A DNA stretch of 48,532 nt, taken from NCBI GenBank assembly GCA_033977065.1, contig JAXCHI010000006.1:1-48532 (forward strand). The letters are read 5' to 3'. The position numbers and the translations under genes are program-made. The stretch comes from Candidatus Algichlamydia australiensis (GTDB lineage: Bacteria; Chlamydiota; Chlamydiia; Chlamydiales; JAJFMI01). Below the pieces are notes generated by a model. The model saw only the letters and a program-made list of their open reading frames with translations, was not told where the DNA came from and ran no database searches. Numbering within the stretch: position 1 is the stretch's first letter; every line of letters starts with the position of its first letter. Shown here piece after piece: positions 9,189 to 19,309 of this stretch.

Positions 9189-10120
9189 GATACGGTTTTT
9201 AAAACTTCCTTAGGTAGTTGAAAAAAGACATTCTCTTCTGTATGGACAACCTCTTCCTTCTTTGTAACGCCAAGCGAGTAGAGATGTTCGATGCACTCCT
9301 GAACTACCTCCTCAGGTGTTGAAGCGCCAGCAGAAAGGCCAATTGCCGAAATCCCTTCTAGCCATTTGGGATCAATCTCATCTTTGCTATTGATCAGGTA
9401 AGCAGGAACATTGTGCTTATCGCCAATCTCACGCAGACGATTAGAGTTAGAGCTCGTTGGATCGCCAACAATAAGAATCAAATCTGTTTTATGCACGATC
9501 TCTTTTAAGGCCATCTGACGATTTGTGGTTGCATAGCAGATTGAAGAGGAGGGAAGTGTCTCGACCTGCGGAAATTTTTCCTTGAGCGCTTTGGTGATTT
9601 CAGCTACGTCCAGAAGGCTAAGCGTTGTCTGTGTTGTATAGAAGAGTTTTTGATCTGGAGGAAAATTTAGCTTCGCTACGTCTTCAACGGACTCGACAAC
9701 GGTCGTTTGGTCGGGAGCTTCTCCTTTTGTACCGATAATTTCCACATGATTTTTGTGGCCAATCAAAATAATATGATACCCTTTAGCGGCAAAACGTTTT
9801 GCTGCTGAATGCACGCGCGTGACAAGCCCGCAAGTCGCATCAATTTCAATAAGTTTGCGTCTTTTTGCTTGCTCTCGAACTTGTGGTGAGACCCCATGAG
9901 CAGAGTAGATAAGTCTTTTACCAACAGGAACTTCATTGAGATCTTCAATAAAGATCGCTCCGAGTTTTTCAAGTCGCTCAACTACGTGGCGATTATGCAC
10001 AATCTGATGTTTGACATAGATGGGAGCACCCCAAAGTTCTAAAGCTTTTTCTACTGTTTCAATTGCACGAACAACGCCCGCACAAAACCCTCGTGGATTT
10101 GCCAAATAAAGTTTTACCAT
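9185..10120 (-). CDS. ispH: 4-hydroxy-3-methylbut-2-enyl diphosphate reductase
   Basis: PRGFCAGV, IVHN, SAHG, DATC, ICYATTNRQ, SSNS, AGASTP. Confidence 0.97.
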   Translation of the reverse strand: MVKLYLANPRGFCAGVVRAIETVEKALELWGAPIYVKHQIVHNRHVVERLEKLGAIFIEDLNEVPVGKRLIYSAHGVSPQVREQAKRRKLIEIDATCGLVTRVHSAAKRFAAKGYHIILIGHKNHVEIIGTKGEAPDQTTVVESVEDVAKLNFPPDQKLFYTTQTTLSLLDVAEITKALKEKFPQVETLPSSSICYATTNRQMALKEIVHKTDLILIVGDPTSSNSNRLREIGDKHNVPAYLINSKDEIDPKWLEGISAIGLSAGASTPEEVVQECIEHLYSLGVTKKEEVVHTEENVFFQLPKEVLKTVS

Positions 10121-10145
10121 GGGTGCCAGTATAGCAGTATTTCAG

Positions 10146-12101
10146 TTAGCTAGCAACATCAGCTGCACAGCGGAAACCGTAAGTTTTATTTACAGTACCC
10201 GGATTGTTACGGTGACGCAGAGGGCAGCGTAGATCATCTTTTAAACTCTTCCAGCAGCCACCTCTTAAGACGCGATAGACTCCCGTTGTTGGACCGGTAG
10301 GATTTTCTTCAACGGACTCATCATAGCGATCATACCAATCTTGGCACCACTCGTAGACATTGCCAGCCATATCATAGAGACCATAGCTATTAGGAGGATA
10401 GCTTCCTACCGCAGTCGTGTCTGCGCTAAAGAAATTCGCTTGCGTGCGATCGATATGACCACCTGTCGGATAGATCGCTTCCGGAATACCTCCGCGTGAA
10501 GCGATCTCCCACTCTGCTTCTGTTGGCAAACGCTTGCCTATCCACTTTGCATAGGCCATCGCGCCATACCATGTGACCCCAACAACGGGGTGCTTAGCAT
10601 ACCCCGACTCAATTGTAATACGGCCTGCAATGCGCTTAACTCGCGATTCACGTAAACGAACAATATCATTGTTATTACAATCTTTTTCACCACCCATCGT
10701 CTCTAAAAAGCGCACGAATTGCTCATTTGTAACAGGGTAGACATCTAATGCAAAACTCTTGAGACGTATGCGGTGTAAAGGTCTCTCATCTCTACCCCCC
10801 TCATTACTACCACGGTAGTACTCGTCTCCTTCAACAACAATCATATCATTTAAGAGTGGCTCGACCTCTTTTACAGCCGCTTGCTCAGGCTTGTAAGGAG
10901 CTACATGGGCATCCGATTGGAAAATTTTTCCCGGATCAGGATCGTAGGTTGGGCGATCAACAGCCTGAGGTTTGATCACAGGCTTCGGCTTTTCCATCTC
11001 CTGAAACTGGCTTGTCTGAGGAGAGGTAACCTTAAAATACGAAGGGATCGATTCAACCACCGTTTTTGTCTCCTGCTGTGGCTTCTCAATTGTTGCTGTT
11101 CCTCCTGATGAATCTGCTCCTGTGTAAGGTGGCGTGTAAGGAGTAGCTTTGGTCTTAATGGGCTCTTGCATCTCATCTTTTTTTTCAATGCTATCAAGAA
11201 GCTCACAAAGTCCTGTAGGCCGAGCTAGAGGATCGGGGTTTAAACATTTGCAGATAAGCTCATCCCATTTGCAGGTGAAGTCGCGTAAAAATGTAGATGG
11301 AAGCGGGAAGCGTCCCTCAGGAAACGTACGCATGAGCAAGTAGTAGGCGAGCACACCAAAAGACCAGATGTCCGCTTTCATATCCACTGTATCTTTTTTA
11401 TGCGCAATCTTCTGCTCGGGTGCCAAAAAGCTATAATTTTGCAAAAATGAGAGGTGCAATTTCGTCAATTTTCCAGTGTCAGAGACATCACTGACATACT
11501 TATCCGATTTCATACCGGGACGTTCAGGACCAATCTCAATATTTAAAGAGTTTGCCAAAGATTTATACATTTTGGTTAGAAGAACTCCCTCTCCAATAAT
11601 CGAGGAGAGTCCGAAATCAGAGAGAAAGACATCCTCTGCATTTTTACCAACTAAGATATTATTCAATTTAATGCCGCGATGGGCTAAGGCCTTTCCATCA
11701 AGTTGCTTGCCGTGGGCGTAGTCAAGAGCCCCTGCCACCTGGCGTAAAATACGCATGACTTGCATTTCAGGCAAGCGGCGCTCATTTACGGATAGGAAAT
11801 GGGCTAAATTTGTTGTCTCCCCAACCTGGTCAACAATGCAATCGGTAACAAGAAAGTAGTAGCCGTCAGCAAAGGAGATATTATGCACTTTCACAATGTG
11901 AGGATGATCAAGGGAGGCCAGTGAAGAGATCCACTTTTCAAAACGTTGAATGAAGTTGCGGTCCGTAGAGAGTTCTTCGGGGAGAACCTTCAAAGCAAAA
12001 CGCTTTTTAATAAAGCGATGTTCACCGAGCAAAACAGCACCAAGAGGGCCCTGTCCAATTTGCTTTACAATGTTGTAATCGCCAAGAGTTTTTTTCTCCA
12101 T
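10146..12101 (-). CDS. pkn1: Chlamydial Pkn1-type Ser/Thr kinase domain fused to an FGE-sulfatase domain
   Basis: N-terminal kinase fold (ALK, DFG, APE, DIWSFG) plus C-terminal FGE motifs RLPTEAEWE, GLYDMAGNVYEWC, RVLRGG and GFRC. Confidence 0.85.
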   Translation of the reverse strand: MEKKTLGDYNIVKQIGQGPLGAVLLGEHRFIKKRFALKVLPEELSTDRNFIQRFEKWISSLASLDHPHIVKVHNISFADGYYFLVTDCIVDQVGETTNLAHFLSVNERRLPEMQVMRILRQVAGALDYAHGKQLDGKALAHRGIKLNNILVGKNAEDVFLSDFGLSSIIGEGVLLTKMYKSLANSLNIEIGPERPGMKSDKYVSDVSDTGKLTKLHLSFLQNYSFLAPEQKIAHKKDTVDMKADIWSFGVLAYYLLMRTFPEGRFPLPSTFLRDFTCKWDELICKCLNPDPLARPTGLCELLDSIEKKDEMQEPIKTKATPYTPPYTGADSSGGTATIEKPQQETKTVVESIPSYFKVTSPQTSQFQEMEKPKPVIKPQAVDRPTYDPDPGKIFQSDAHVAPYKPEQAAVKEVEPLLNDMIVVEGDEYYRGSNEGGRDERPLHRIRLKSFALDVYPVTNEQFVRFLETMGGEKDCNNNDIVRLRESRVKRIAGRITIESGYAKHPVVGVTWYGAMAYAKWIGKRLPTEAEWEIASRGGIPEAIYPTGGHIDRTQANFFSADTTAVGSYPPNSYGLYDMAGNVYEWCQDWYDRYDESVEENPTGPTTGVYRVLRGGCWKSLKDDLRCPLRHRNNPGTVNKTYGFRCAADVAS

Positions 12102-12126
12102 TTTTTCCTCTTAAAAGTTTCCTCCA

Positions 12127-13626
12127 TCATCTAGACTCAGAGGGGTTTTTGTCAATGGCGCGAATGAAAAGAAAAGAGAGAATAAAATGTATGAGTTCAC
12201 GGCAGCGAAATAGATACGCGAAAACCGAGATGGCAAGAGAAAAAATTCCAGCTTGCAAAACAAAATGGCCAGCTGGAACGCAGACAGAGGCAGCCAAACT
12301 CACTAAAGTCAGTCTAAACCAGAGTGTGTTTTGCACCCGCCATCCCTCCTTCCACAATTTATGGGCAAAAATCCCCGCATGAATCCAAGCGCAGATCGAT
12401 GTAGCAATTGCAACACTCACAGTTCCTAGCTGTAAACCCATCACAAAAAATGCGTTCAACCCGATATTCAATCCCATCATCCCAACTGCGAGCAAACTCG
12501 GATAGAGCGCGCGATTTTTAGCATAGAAAACTGCTGAGTAAAGCATGACAAGTACCGTGGGAATGATCCCGAATCCATAACCAAAGAGGCAAAGTGCTGT
12601 CTGACCTACATCAAAAAGAGTGAACTTTCCGTGCTCGTAAAGCAGGGATACAGCTGATCTACCTAAAATGCATGTTGCAAATGTACATGGAATTAAAATT
12701 AAGAGTAGACGCTTTAAGCAAAATTCGAAAATTTCTTGGGCCTTCTGGATCTGACCACCTTTTACTGCGCGCGTTAACTTTGGAACAAGTGTGCTCACTG
12801 CTCCCATTCCAAAAAGAGCCAACACAAATTGCTCTAACCTTAAAGAATTCCACAAATAAGTCACACCACGCGGGTCGGCCTTTATCGCAAAAACTGTGTC
12901 AAATAGAGTATTAATCTGTACAGCACCAACACCGATAATTGTCAGAGAAACAAACTTCAAAAACTTCCAAATCTCCGGAGAAATTTTCCATTCAAACCCA
13001 CCAGCTCTCTCTCTTAAAATTAATGGCAGCGTAAGCAGCCACTGCCCTAAATAACCTAGAAATACCCCTTTTGCCAAAACACTCATTGCAAATGGTGCCG
13101 GCTGATCGCGCATCAGTAAGATCACTCCTATCCAAATAAAATTACAAATGGCAGGCGAAAAACTTGGGATAAAAAATGAGTGGTGGCAGTGATGAAAAGA
13201 AATATTTAATCCATAGAGAGAGATAAAAAACATTCCCGGAAGAAGGAAACGCATCAGTTGCAGCATCTCAATTGTAAAGCTTGAAGTTGAAGGCAGCGAG
13301 CTAAGTACCCCAACTAAGATCTCCCCCCCCACAACAAAAATGAGAAGAACGAAAACAAATAGGGCGTTCATTTGCCTAAAGAAATCTTTTTCTCTTCCAA
13401 GAGTTCGCAGCTGTTCAAAATGGGGAATAAAAGCCGATTGAAACGGCCCCTCACCCAACAATCTTCTTGCTACATTGGAGAAGCGAAAGGCTGCTAAAAA
13501 CGCTGCTACCGAAGGGTGCGCACCAAAAAAATAGACAGTTGTCAGATCGCGGACCATTCCGGTAAGTCTGCTAAGAAAGGTACCAGAAAAAAATTTACGG
13601 AGATGGCGCAAAGAAGAGGCGTGCAT
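12127..13626 (-). CDS. murJ: Lipid II flippase MurJ (MviN)
   Basis: TFLSRLTGMVRD, AFRFSNVARRLLGEG, AFIP, many TM segments. Confidence 0.9.
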   Translation of the reverse strand: MHASSLRHLRKFFSGTFLSRLTGMVRDLTTVYFFGAHPSVAAFLAAFRFSNVARRLLGEGPFQSAFIPHFEQLRTLGREKDFFRQMNALFVFVLLIFVVGGEILVGVLSSLPSTSSFTIEMLQLMRFLLPGMFFISLYGLNISFHHCHHSFFIPSFSPAICNFIWIGVILLMRDQPAPFAMSVLAKGVFLGYLGQWLLTLPLILRERAGGFEWKISPEIWKFLKFVSLTIIGVGAVQINTLFDTVFAIKADPRGVTYLWNSLRLEQFVLALFGMGAVSTLVPKLTRAVKGGQIQKAQEIFEFCLKRLLLILIPCTFATCILGRSAVSLLYEHGKFTLFDVGQTALCLFGYGFGIIPTVLVMLYSAVFYAKNRALYPSLLAVGMMGLNIGLNAFFVMGLQLGTVSVAIATSICAWIHAGIFAHKLWKEGWRVQNTLWFRLTLVSLAASVCVPAGHFVLQAGIFSLAISVFAYLFRCRELIHFILSFLFIRAIDKNPSESR

Positions 13627-13650
13627 GGGCTCAGTATATCTGTTGGGTTC

Positions 13651-14817
13651 TTACCCAGTCAAATGGACTAAATCTTTCCAACTAAGTACATTCGCCTCTT
13701 TACGTTTGTAACTTTTATCTCCGCCATAGATTAAATAAGAATTTTTGGGATTTCCATTGGCTAGTTGGTTCCAGTAATTCAACCCTTGAAAAAAATCTTT
13801 TACTACAGTTTTTCCCGACTTCACTTCAATCGAGAGCAAATTACCGTCTTCTTCAACAATGCAGTCAATTTCACGCCCTTTATGGTCTCGCCAAAAATAT
13901 ATTGGATTTAGTATTCCTTGGTTGAACCTAGCTTTTAAAATTTCAGAAAAGACAAATGATTCAAATATTCCCCCCTTGAGATAATGCGTTTTGAGTTGGT
14001 CTGGAGATTGAATATTCAGCAAATGGCAAAGCAAACCCGTATCGTAAAAATAGAGTTTAGGGTTTTTCACAAGACGTTTATTAAAATTTGAATAGTGCGG
14101 TCTGAGGAAATAGACAATAAAACTCGCCTCAAGGAGATTGAGCCATGATTTTACCGTTGTATGTGTAATCCCACAGTCATTTCCAATTGAAGTATAATCT
14201 ACAAGTTGTCCGGTTCTTGCTGCACACATTCGCAAAAAACGTTGGAAAGTTCCCAAGTCATGAATATTTTTAATCGTCCGTAAGTCTCTTTCAACAAAAG
14301 TTTGAATATAGTTGCTATACCATTTGTTAACTTCTACCTCTTTTGTAAACAAATTGGGATAAAACCCTCGATACATCCCTTCTTCTAAAGTGAAGCTATC
14401 AAGATTCACGGCTCTGATTTCCGATAAACTTAAAGGCAACAGATGGAGCATAGCAACACGTCCTGCAAGCGATTGCGTAATTTTTTCAAGGAGAAGAAAG
14501 TGCTGAGAACCTGTTAAAATGAATTGCCCAGGCATTTGGTCTTCATCTACAACTCCTTGTAAATAAGAAAAAAGCTCTGGGACTTGTTGGATTTCATCAA
14601 AAATTATTTTTGTGCGGTATTCTGCCAAAAATCCTCTGGGATCTGTTTTGGCAAACTCTCTTGTATCAAGATCTTCTAGAGATACATACGTGTATACATC
14701 ACCAAAAATCTCTTTTACAATCGTACTTTTCCCCGATTGCCTTGGACCTGTAAGCGCAATAATGGGAAATCCTTTCATCAGCTGACGGATCTCTTTTTCA
14801 ATTTGTCTTGGAATCAT
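13651..14817 (-). CDS. AAA+ ATPase of the AAA_14/DUF4143 family
   Basis: GPRQSGKST, DEIQ, ILTGS, SLAGR, PKLYFYDTGL and a C-terminal EID...IEVKS nuclease-like motif. Start MIPRQ at 14817 preferred. Confidence 0.9.
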   Translation of the reverse strand: MIPRQIEKEIRQLMKGFPIIALTGPRQSGKSTIVKEIFGDVYTYVSLEDLDTREFAKTDPRGFLAEYRTKIIFDEIQQVPELFSYLQGVVDEDQMPGQFILTGSQHFLLLEKITQSLAGRVAMLHLLPLSLSEIRAVNLDSFTLEEGMYRGFYPNLFTKEVEVNKWYSNYIQTFVERDLRTIKNIHDLGTFQRFLRMCAARTGQLVDYTSIGNDCGITHTTVKSWLNLLEASFIVYFLRPHYSNFNKRLVKNPKLYFYDTGLLCHLLNIQSPDQLKTHYLKGGIFESFVFSEILKARFNQGILNPIYFWRDHKGREIDCIVEEDGNLLSIEVKSGKTVVKDFFQGLNYWNQLANGNPKNSYLIYGGDKSYKRKEANVLSWKDLVHLTG

Positions 14818-14835
14818 AGAAGTTAGCATATACTT

Positions 14836-14878
14836 AAGGGGTACAATTTGCAAATTCAATTTGTAAATTGTACCCCTT
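14836..14878. promoter_or_regulatory. 43-bp near-perfect palindrome over the putative promoter of the DUF4143 ATPase
   Basis: AAGGGGTACAATTTgCAAATT-C-AATTTGtAAATTGTACCCCTT: 21-bp arms with one mismatch. Contains TTGCAA 17 nt from TATGCT on the minus strand. Confidence 0.6.
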
Positions 14879-14900
14879 TATTTTCGTAAAAAACTAACCT

Positions 14901-15299
14901 TTAGTTATATGAGCACTTATAGAAAGAGGTGATTTTGCGGTCTTCATTCCACTCAGGCAGATCGCCCGTAAAAAAGACACAAAGCCCATGGAAAAGGGTG
15001 TGCTCATTCCCTTCGCTATCAATGATTTTATCCGCTAAGCCGTTTGTGTAAAAAAAATATTCAATATCCTCACTCAAGGATGCGATTTCAAAAGCATCTT
15101 CCCACGTGTAGCAGTACGTTTCTAAAACAACATTGTCCCAATTTGGTTTATGTGGAATTGACTTTAACTTCTCATTAAAGTTTGAAATCTCGTTTCCAAG
15201 CCTTGTTTTATGTGCAATCACCGGATGATTTTCCATAAAGCGATCTGCTAAGGATTCGTGAGCAAAAAATGAAAAAATTGCTGCCAAAAATAGAGTCAC
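14901..15299 (-). CDS. Hypothetical protein, possible signal peptide
   Basis: 132-aa ORF with a hydrophobic N-terminus; its GTG overlaps the upstream gene's TGA. Confidence 0.6.
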   Translation of the reverse strand: MTLFLAAIFSFFAHESLADRFMENHPVIAHKTRLGNEISNFNEKLKSIPHKPNWDNVVLETYCYTWEDAFEIASLSEDIEYFFYTNGLADKIIDSEGNEHTLFHGLCVFFTGDLPEWNEDRKITSFYKCSYN

Positions 15300-15712
15300 A
15301 GTACCCCCATCTGTTTAGCAAAGAGATAAGCTAAGAAAAGCACGACTGCTGAAGCTCCGATCCAAAGCAGGTTAGGGAACCATTTCACTCCCCCACCCTG
15401 ACTTCCGCGCACTTCTAAGGTGCCAATTCCATAATTGAATTCATGATTTTCTTCTGGGAGACGAAAAACTTCAGGATGATCATGCAAGATTTTTTCCGCA
15501 TCAAGTCCCAAAAAGTTTGCGTACTGTTTCATAAACCCAATTGCATAGACAGAGGATAAAAATTTATCTACTTCTCCTCTCTCGATCGCCTCAAGATTGC
15601 TTGAAAGAATGGAAGTTGCATTCTCTACTTCTTTAATCGAGAGATTCATCTCATTTCTCTTCTCTTTGAAGATCTGTCCGATTTTCTTAATATCTTCGCT
15701 CATACCGATCAC
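15296..15712 (-). CDS. rodZ: Chlamydial RodZ (XRE-HTH plus C-terminal TM)
   Basis: IGQIFKEKR...LEAIERG...YAIGFMKQYANFLGLD followed by a single TM. Lies next to rnhC as in Chlamydia. Confidence 0.8.
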   Translation of the reverse strand: MIGMSEDIKKIGQIFKEKRNEMNLSIKEVENATSILSSNLEAIERGEVDKFLSSVYAIGFMKQYANFLGLDAEKILHDHPEVFRLPEENHEFNYGIGTLEVRGSQGGGVKWFPNLLWIGASAVVLFLAYLFAKQMGVL

Positions 15713-15773
15713 CTAGATTTCTTCCCATAGTACGTCATTGTATAAAATGATACCAATGTTAAAATAGCCCAAG

Positions 15774-16661
15774 ATGGCATGTTTTGTAACCAAACTTAAA
15801 AAAGAGCTCTTTGACAAGCTACACAGTGATCTCCAAGAGAGAGGATTTGTATTTACAAAACCTCCTTATACAATTTTTTCTGCAAGAAAACCTGGCTTGA
15901 TCGTAAATCTATACGAATCGGGAAAGCTGACCGTACAGGGTAGAGAGCAAGAAGAATTCATTCGCTACTACCTAGAGCCGGAGCTCTTGCAAGATTTTTC
16001 TTTTACCCAAAACCTCGATAATCCCGACCTCTCTGCACGGATTGGTATCGATGAAGCAGGAAAAGGCGATTTTTTTGGCCCCTTATGCATCGGTGGAATT
16101 TATGCAGATGAGCAGACAATCTCTCAACTCATAAAATTGGGCGTGCGCGACTCAAAACGCATGACGGATCCCAAGATTATGAACCTTGCTACCCAAATCA
16201 AAAAAATTGTTCCTTACTCACTTATCCGCATCTTTCCGACCAAATACAACCTTCTCTATGCAAAATTTCGCAACCTAAATGAACTTCTAGCTTGGGGACA
16301 CGCCAGCGCTATTGAAGAACTTGCCACCAAAACAGGCTGCAACAGTGCCATCATCGACCAATTTGCCAGCGAGCATGTAGTTGAGCGCGCGGTTGCAAAA
16401 AAAGGTTTAGAGATGCAACTGACTCAACGAACAGGTGGAGAGTCTGATCCCGTTGTCGCAGCCGCCTCAATCCTGGCGCGTACAGCCTTTTTAGAAGGGA
16501 TGCAAACATTGAGTAAGCAAGTCAACTTAACCCTACCTAAAGGCGCGGGGCCGCAAGTAATTGAGGTGGGTCGCTCCCTTGTTGATCGCGATGGCAAAGA
16601 AATTTTAGGCGATGTGGCCAAGCTCCACTTCAAAACACGTGGGGTAATCCTCGGTGCTTGA
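15774..16661 (+). CDS. rnhC: Ribonuclease HIII
   Basis: N-terminal TBP-like domain (YESGKLTVQG), IGIDEAGKGDFFGP, DSK, IDQF, VAAASILAR, KLHFKT. Confidence 0.95.
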   Translation: MACFVTKLKKELFDKLHSDLQERGFVFTKPPYTIFSARKPGLIVNLYESGKLTVQGREQEEFIRYYLEPELLQDFSFTQNLDNPDLSARIGIDEAGKGDFFGPLCIGGIYADEQTISQLIKLGVRDSKRMTDPKIMNLATQIKKIVPYSLIRIFPTKYNLLYAKFRNLNELLAWGHASAIEELATKTGCNSAIIDQFASEHVVERAVAKKGLEMQLTQRTGGESDPVVAAASILARTAFLEGMQTLSKQVNLTLPKGAGPQVIEVGRSLVDRDGKEILGDVAKLHFKTRGVILGA

Positions 16662-18189
16662 GAAACTTTTTTTACGCAACATCGCCCTGATTGATGAAAC
16701 GGAAATTTCCTTTACACGAGGACTCAATATCCTCACAGGAGAGACAGGGGCGGGAAAGAGTGCGATCATTTCTGCCCTTGGCCTCCTTCTAGGAGAGCGC
16801 GCTGACACCAAAATTATCCGTAGTGGTGCCGAATCTGCCACCATCCAAGGGATTTTTTCGCCCGAACTTCTCACCCAATTTGACCTGCCTCAAGATGACG
16901 CTCTCATCATTCGACGGGAAATCTACTCTTCTGGCAAAAGTCAGCTCTTTATTCAAGATCGCCAAACCACCCTCAACTTTGCCAAAGAACTGGGACAGCA
17001 CCTCTTTGAAATCGTCTCCCAACACGCCCACCTAAATATTCGCAACCCATCCGAGCAGCTCAAAAATCTCGACTACTTTGCTCAACTCGACCTCACACCA
17101 TTTGCAGAAAACTTTGCCGATGAAAAAGAGTTAGAGAAAAGACTCGCTCTACTTCAAGAGCAAAAAAGCGAAGCCGCACACAAACTTGAGCGTCTCAAAT
17201 GGGAGCTTAATAAGCTCGAAGAAATTGACCCCAAACCGGGCGAAGAAGAGGAGCTCTTTGAAGAGTACAAAGGCTTAAATGAAAAACAAGAACTGGCGGA
17301 AAAACTCTCTCCCCTCAATCATCTTCTTAACGAAACCCTCCTTCCAGCACTCTCTAAGCAAAAACTTGAAGAGTCCCACGAAATCCAAACTCACCTCAAA
17401 ACCGCAGAAAATGAGCTCCAAGAAGCCGCCTTTCTCACTAGCCAGACCCTCTCTAATCTTGACTTTGACGCACAGCGTCTTACTCAACTCGAAAATCGTC
17501 TAGCCACACTTAACGACGCAAAAAAACGCTTTGGCGATCCCCTTGCTTACCAAAATCAAGTCGCCCAAGAAATCAGCGAGCTTGAAAATCTTGATGAAGA
17601 AATCCTTAACCTCACAAAAATCTTAACCACTACAAAAGAAAAAACCGACCAACTTGCTGCCGACATCACAGAGAAACGGCAAATCGCTGCAACCAAACTC
17701 GCCCAGGCCCTAACACAACTTATTCAAGAGCTTAATATGCCTGAGGCCATCGTCACCATCATACTTGAAAAATCCCCTCGCAGCGCTACAGGTGATGAAA
17801 AAGCGCACATCTTGCTCCAAGCCAATCCGGGTGAAAGAGCGATCTGCATTAACGATGGCGTGAGCGGCGGAGAAATCTCTCGCCTCTATTTCGCTCTTGC
17901 CACCCTCATTAATAAAAAAACGAGTCTACTTTTTGACGAGATCGATGCCAACATTGGCGGAGAAACTGCTACCCTCTTTGGGGAAAAACTCCATACTCTC
18001 GGACGAAACGCTCAAGTGATCGCGATCACCCACTTCCCCCAAGTCGCCCGCTTTGCTGACCACCACCTTAAAATCCTCAAAAAAATTATTGACAATCGTA
18101 CCCATACGCAAATTATCCCTCTTTCCCAAGAAGAGCGCCAGCAAGAGCTGCTGCGCATGCTTGGCGGCCAGGCTGCCCTCCTCAATTAA
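16654..18189 (+). CDS. recN: DNA repair protein RecN
   Basis: LTGETGAGKS, coiled coil, ANPGE, SGGEISR, FDEIDANIGG, ITHFPQVA, ELLRMLGG. Confidence 0.95.
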   Translation: MLEKLFLRNIALIDETEISFTRGLNILTGETGAGKSAIISALGLLLGERADTKIIRSGAESATIQGIFSPELLTQFDLPQDDALIIRREIYSSGKSQLFIQDRQTTLNFAKELGQHLFEIVSQHAHLNIRNPSEQLKNLDYFAQLDLTPFAENFADEKELEKRLALLQEQKSEAAHKLERLKWELNKLEEIDPKPGEEEELFEEYKGLNEKQELAEKLSPLNHLLNETLLPALSKQKLEESHEIQTHLKTAENELQEAAFLTSQTLSNLDFDAQRLTQLENRLATLNDAKKRFGDPLAYQNQVAQEISELENLDEEILNLTKILTTTKEKTDQLAADITEKRQIAATKLAQALTQLIQELNMPEAIVTIILEKSPRSATGDEKAHILLQANPGERAICINDGVSGGEISRLYFALATLINKKTSLLFDEIDANIGGETATLFGEKLHTLGRNAQVIAITHFPQVARFADHHLKILKKIIDNRTHTQIIPLSQEERQQELLRMLGGQAALLN

Positions 18190-18255
18190 AATTTTTATTT
18201 AATCTTAGTTTTAATAATAAAATATGTTATAATCATTCCAAATAATGAGGGGAAA

Positions 18256-19302
18256 ATGTTTGCAAGTGCATGTAATTCATTAAGATCACCGAAGGTTTTG
18301 TGTCCTGCATATACTGTTGGTTCTACAGTTTTCGCGCTTTTTGCTGAGAAAGTCTGCCGAGAAGATTTTGGCACAAAAAAAATGACGGGAGTCGTTGTTT
18401 TAAACAGCGCTCTCATTTTTGCTCAAGCCAGTACAACAAGTAAAAAAGTAAGAGAGTTTTCTACAATGGTTGCCTTAGCCCTCTCTTTTCTATCAATGTG
18501 CCATTCCGTCGATGTGAAAACTTATTGCAAGGAATTATTCTCCCGCCCTGACCCAGCTTTTGGAACAGCCTCAACTGAGCTGGAACAAGCTCTTAATGAA
18601 TTCGAAACTGGATCAATCGAAAATGCGATTAATAAAGGCAACGTAGTTACAATTGGTTGTTTCAGAAAAATCGTCGATGTTTTTAATACAAAGTTAGAAG
18701 AAAATCGTGATCAACAAGCTGAGCTAACCAAGAAATTTGAAGAAATTTTTTTCGTTTTATTTGACAACAGCTCCCCATCATTACAAACAGAAAAAAACAA
18801 AATTTTGCACGAGATTGCACTTGATCATAAGAAAGGAAATGAAATTGCATCCTACACTCTTTATGACTTCCTAACCGAGGAGTTTACAGATGAGCAGAAA
18901 AGTGAATTCGTAAAAAAAGCTGTTTTTAACCTCTTATCAATTTTGTATTACGCGGACTGGAGTATAGAATCATTTGAGCAATTTGTTGATGAAAAAGAGA
19001 TTGAATTATCAACGATTTACGATAAGGATGATTTCTTATTCGATCTACTTCCCTACGTGCTTGAAAACGTTAGACAGCAAGACGAAAGAAATAACCAACT
19101 TCGAGAAAAATATCTTCGACTCCAAGCGGTCTTTAAAAAACACTTCTCAGAAGAGCAAATCGCTCAACTTGCGAGACCCGCAAATAAAGAGCAAAATCTC
19201 TATGATGCTGCTCATGAGCGCGGTTTTACCGAAGAACAGTGCATCCTAATGCTTGATTCTCTCGGAGTACCACCTACATTAGCAAAAAATCCTAACGGGT
19301 AG
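18256..19302 (+). CDS. Hypothetical helical protein, lineage-specific
   Basis: 348-aa AT-rich ORF preceded by TGn-TATAAT and a GAGGGG Shine-Dalgarno. No family recognised. Confidence 0.7.
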   Translation: MFASACNSLRSPKVLCPAYTVGSTVFALFAEKVCREDFGTKKMTGVVVLNSALIFAQASTTSKKVREFSTMVALALSFLSMCHSVDVKTYCKELFSRPDPAFGTASTELEQALNEFETGSIENAINKGNVVTIGCFRKIVDVFNTKLEENRDQQAELTKKFEEIFFVLFDNSSPSLQTEKNKILHEIALDHKKGNEIASYTLYDFLTEEFTDEQKSEFVKKAVFNLLSILYYADWSIESFEQFVDEKEIELSTIYDKDDFLFDLLPYVLENVRQQDERNNQLREKYLRLQAVFKKHFSEEQIAQLARPANKEQNLYDAAHERGFTEEQCILMLDSLGVPPTLAKNPNG

Positions 19303-19309
19303 TCAAAGC

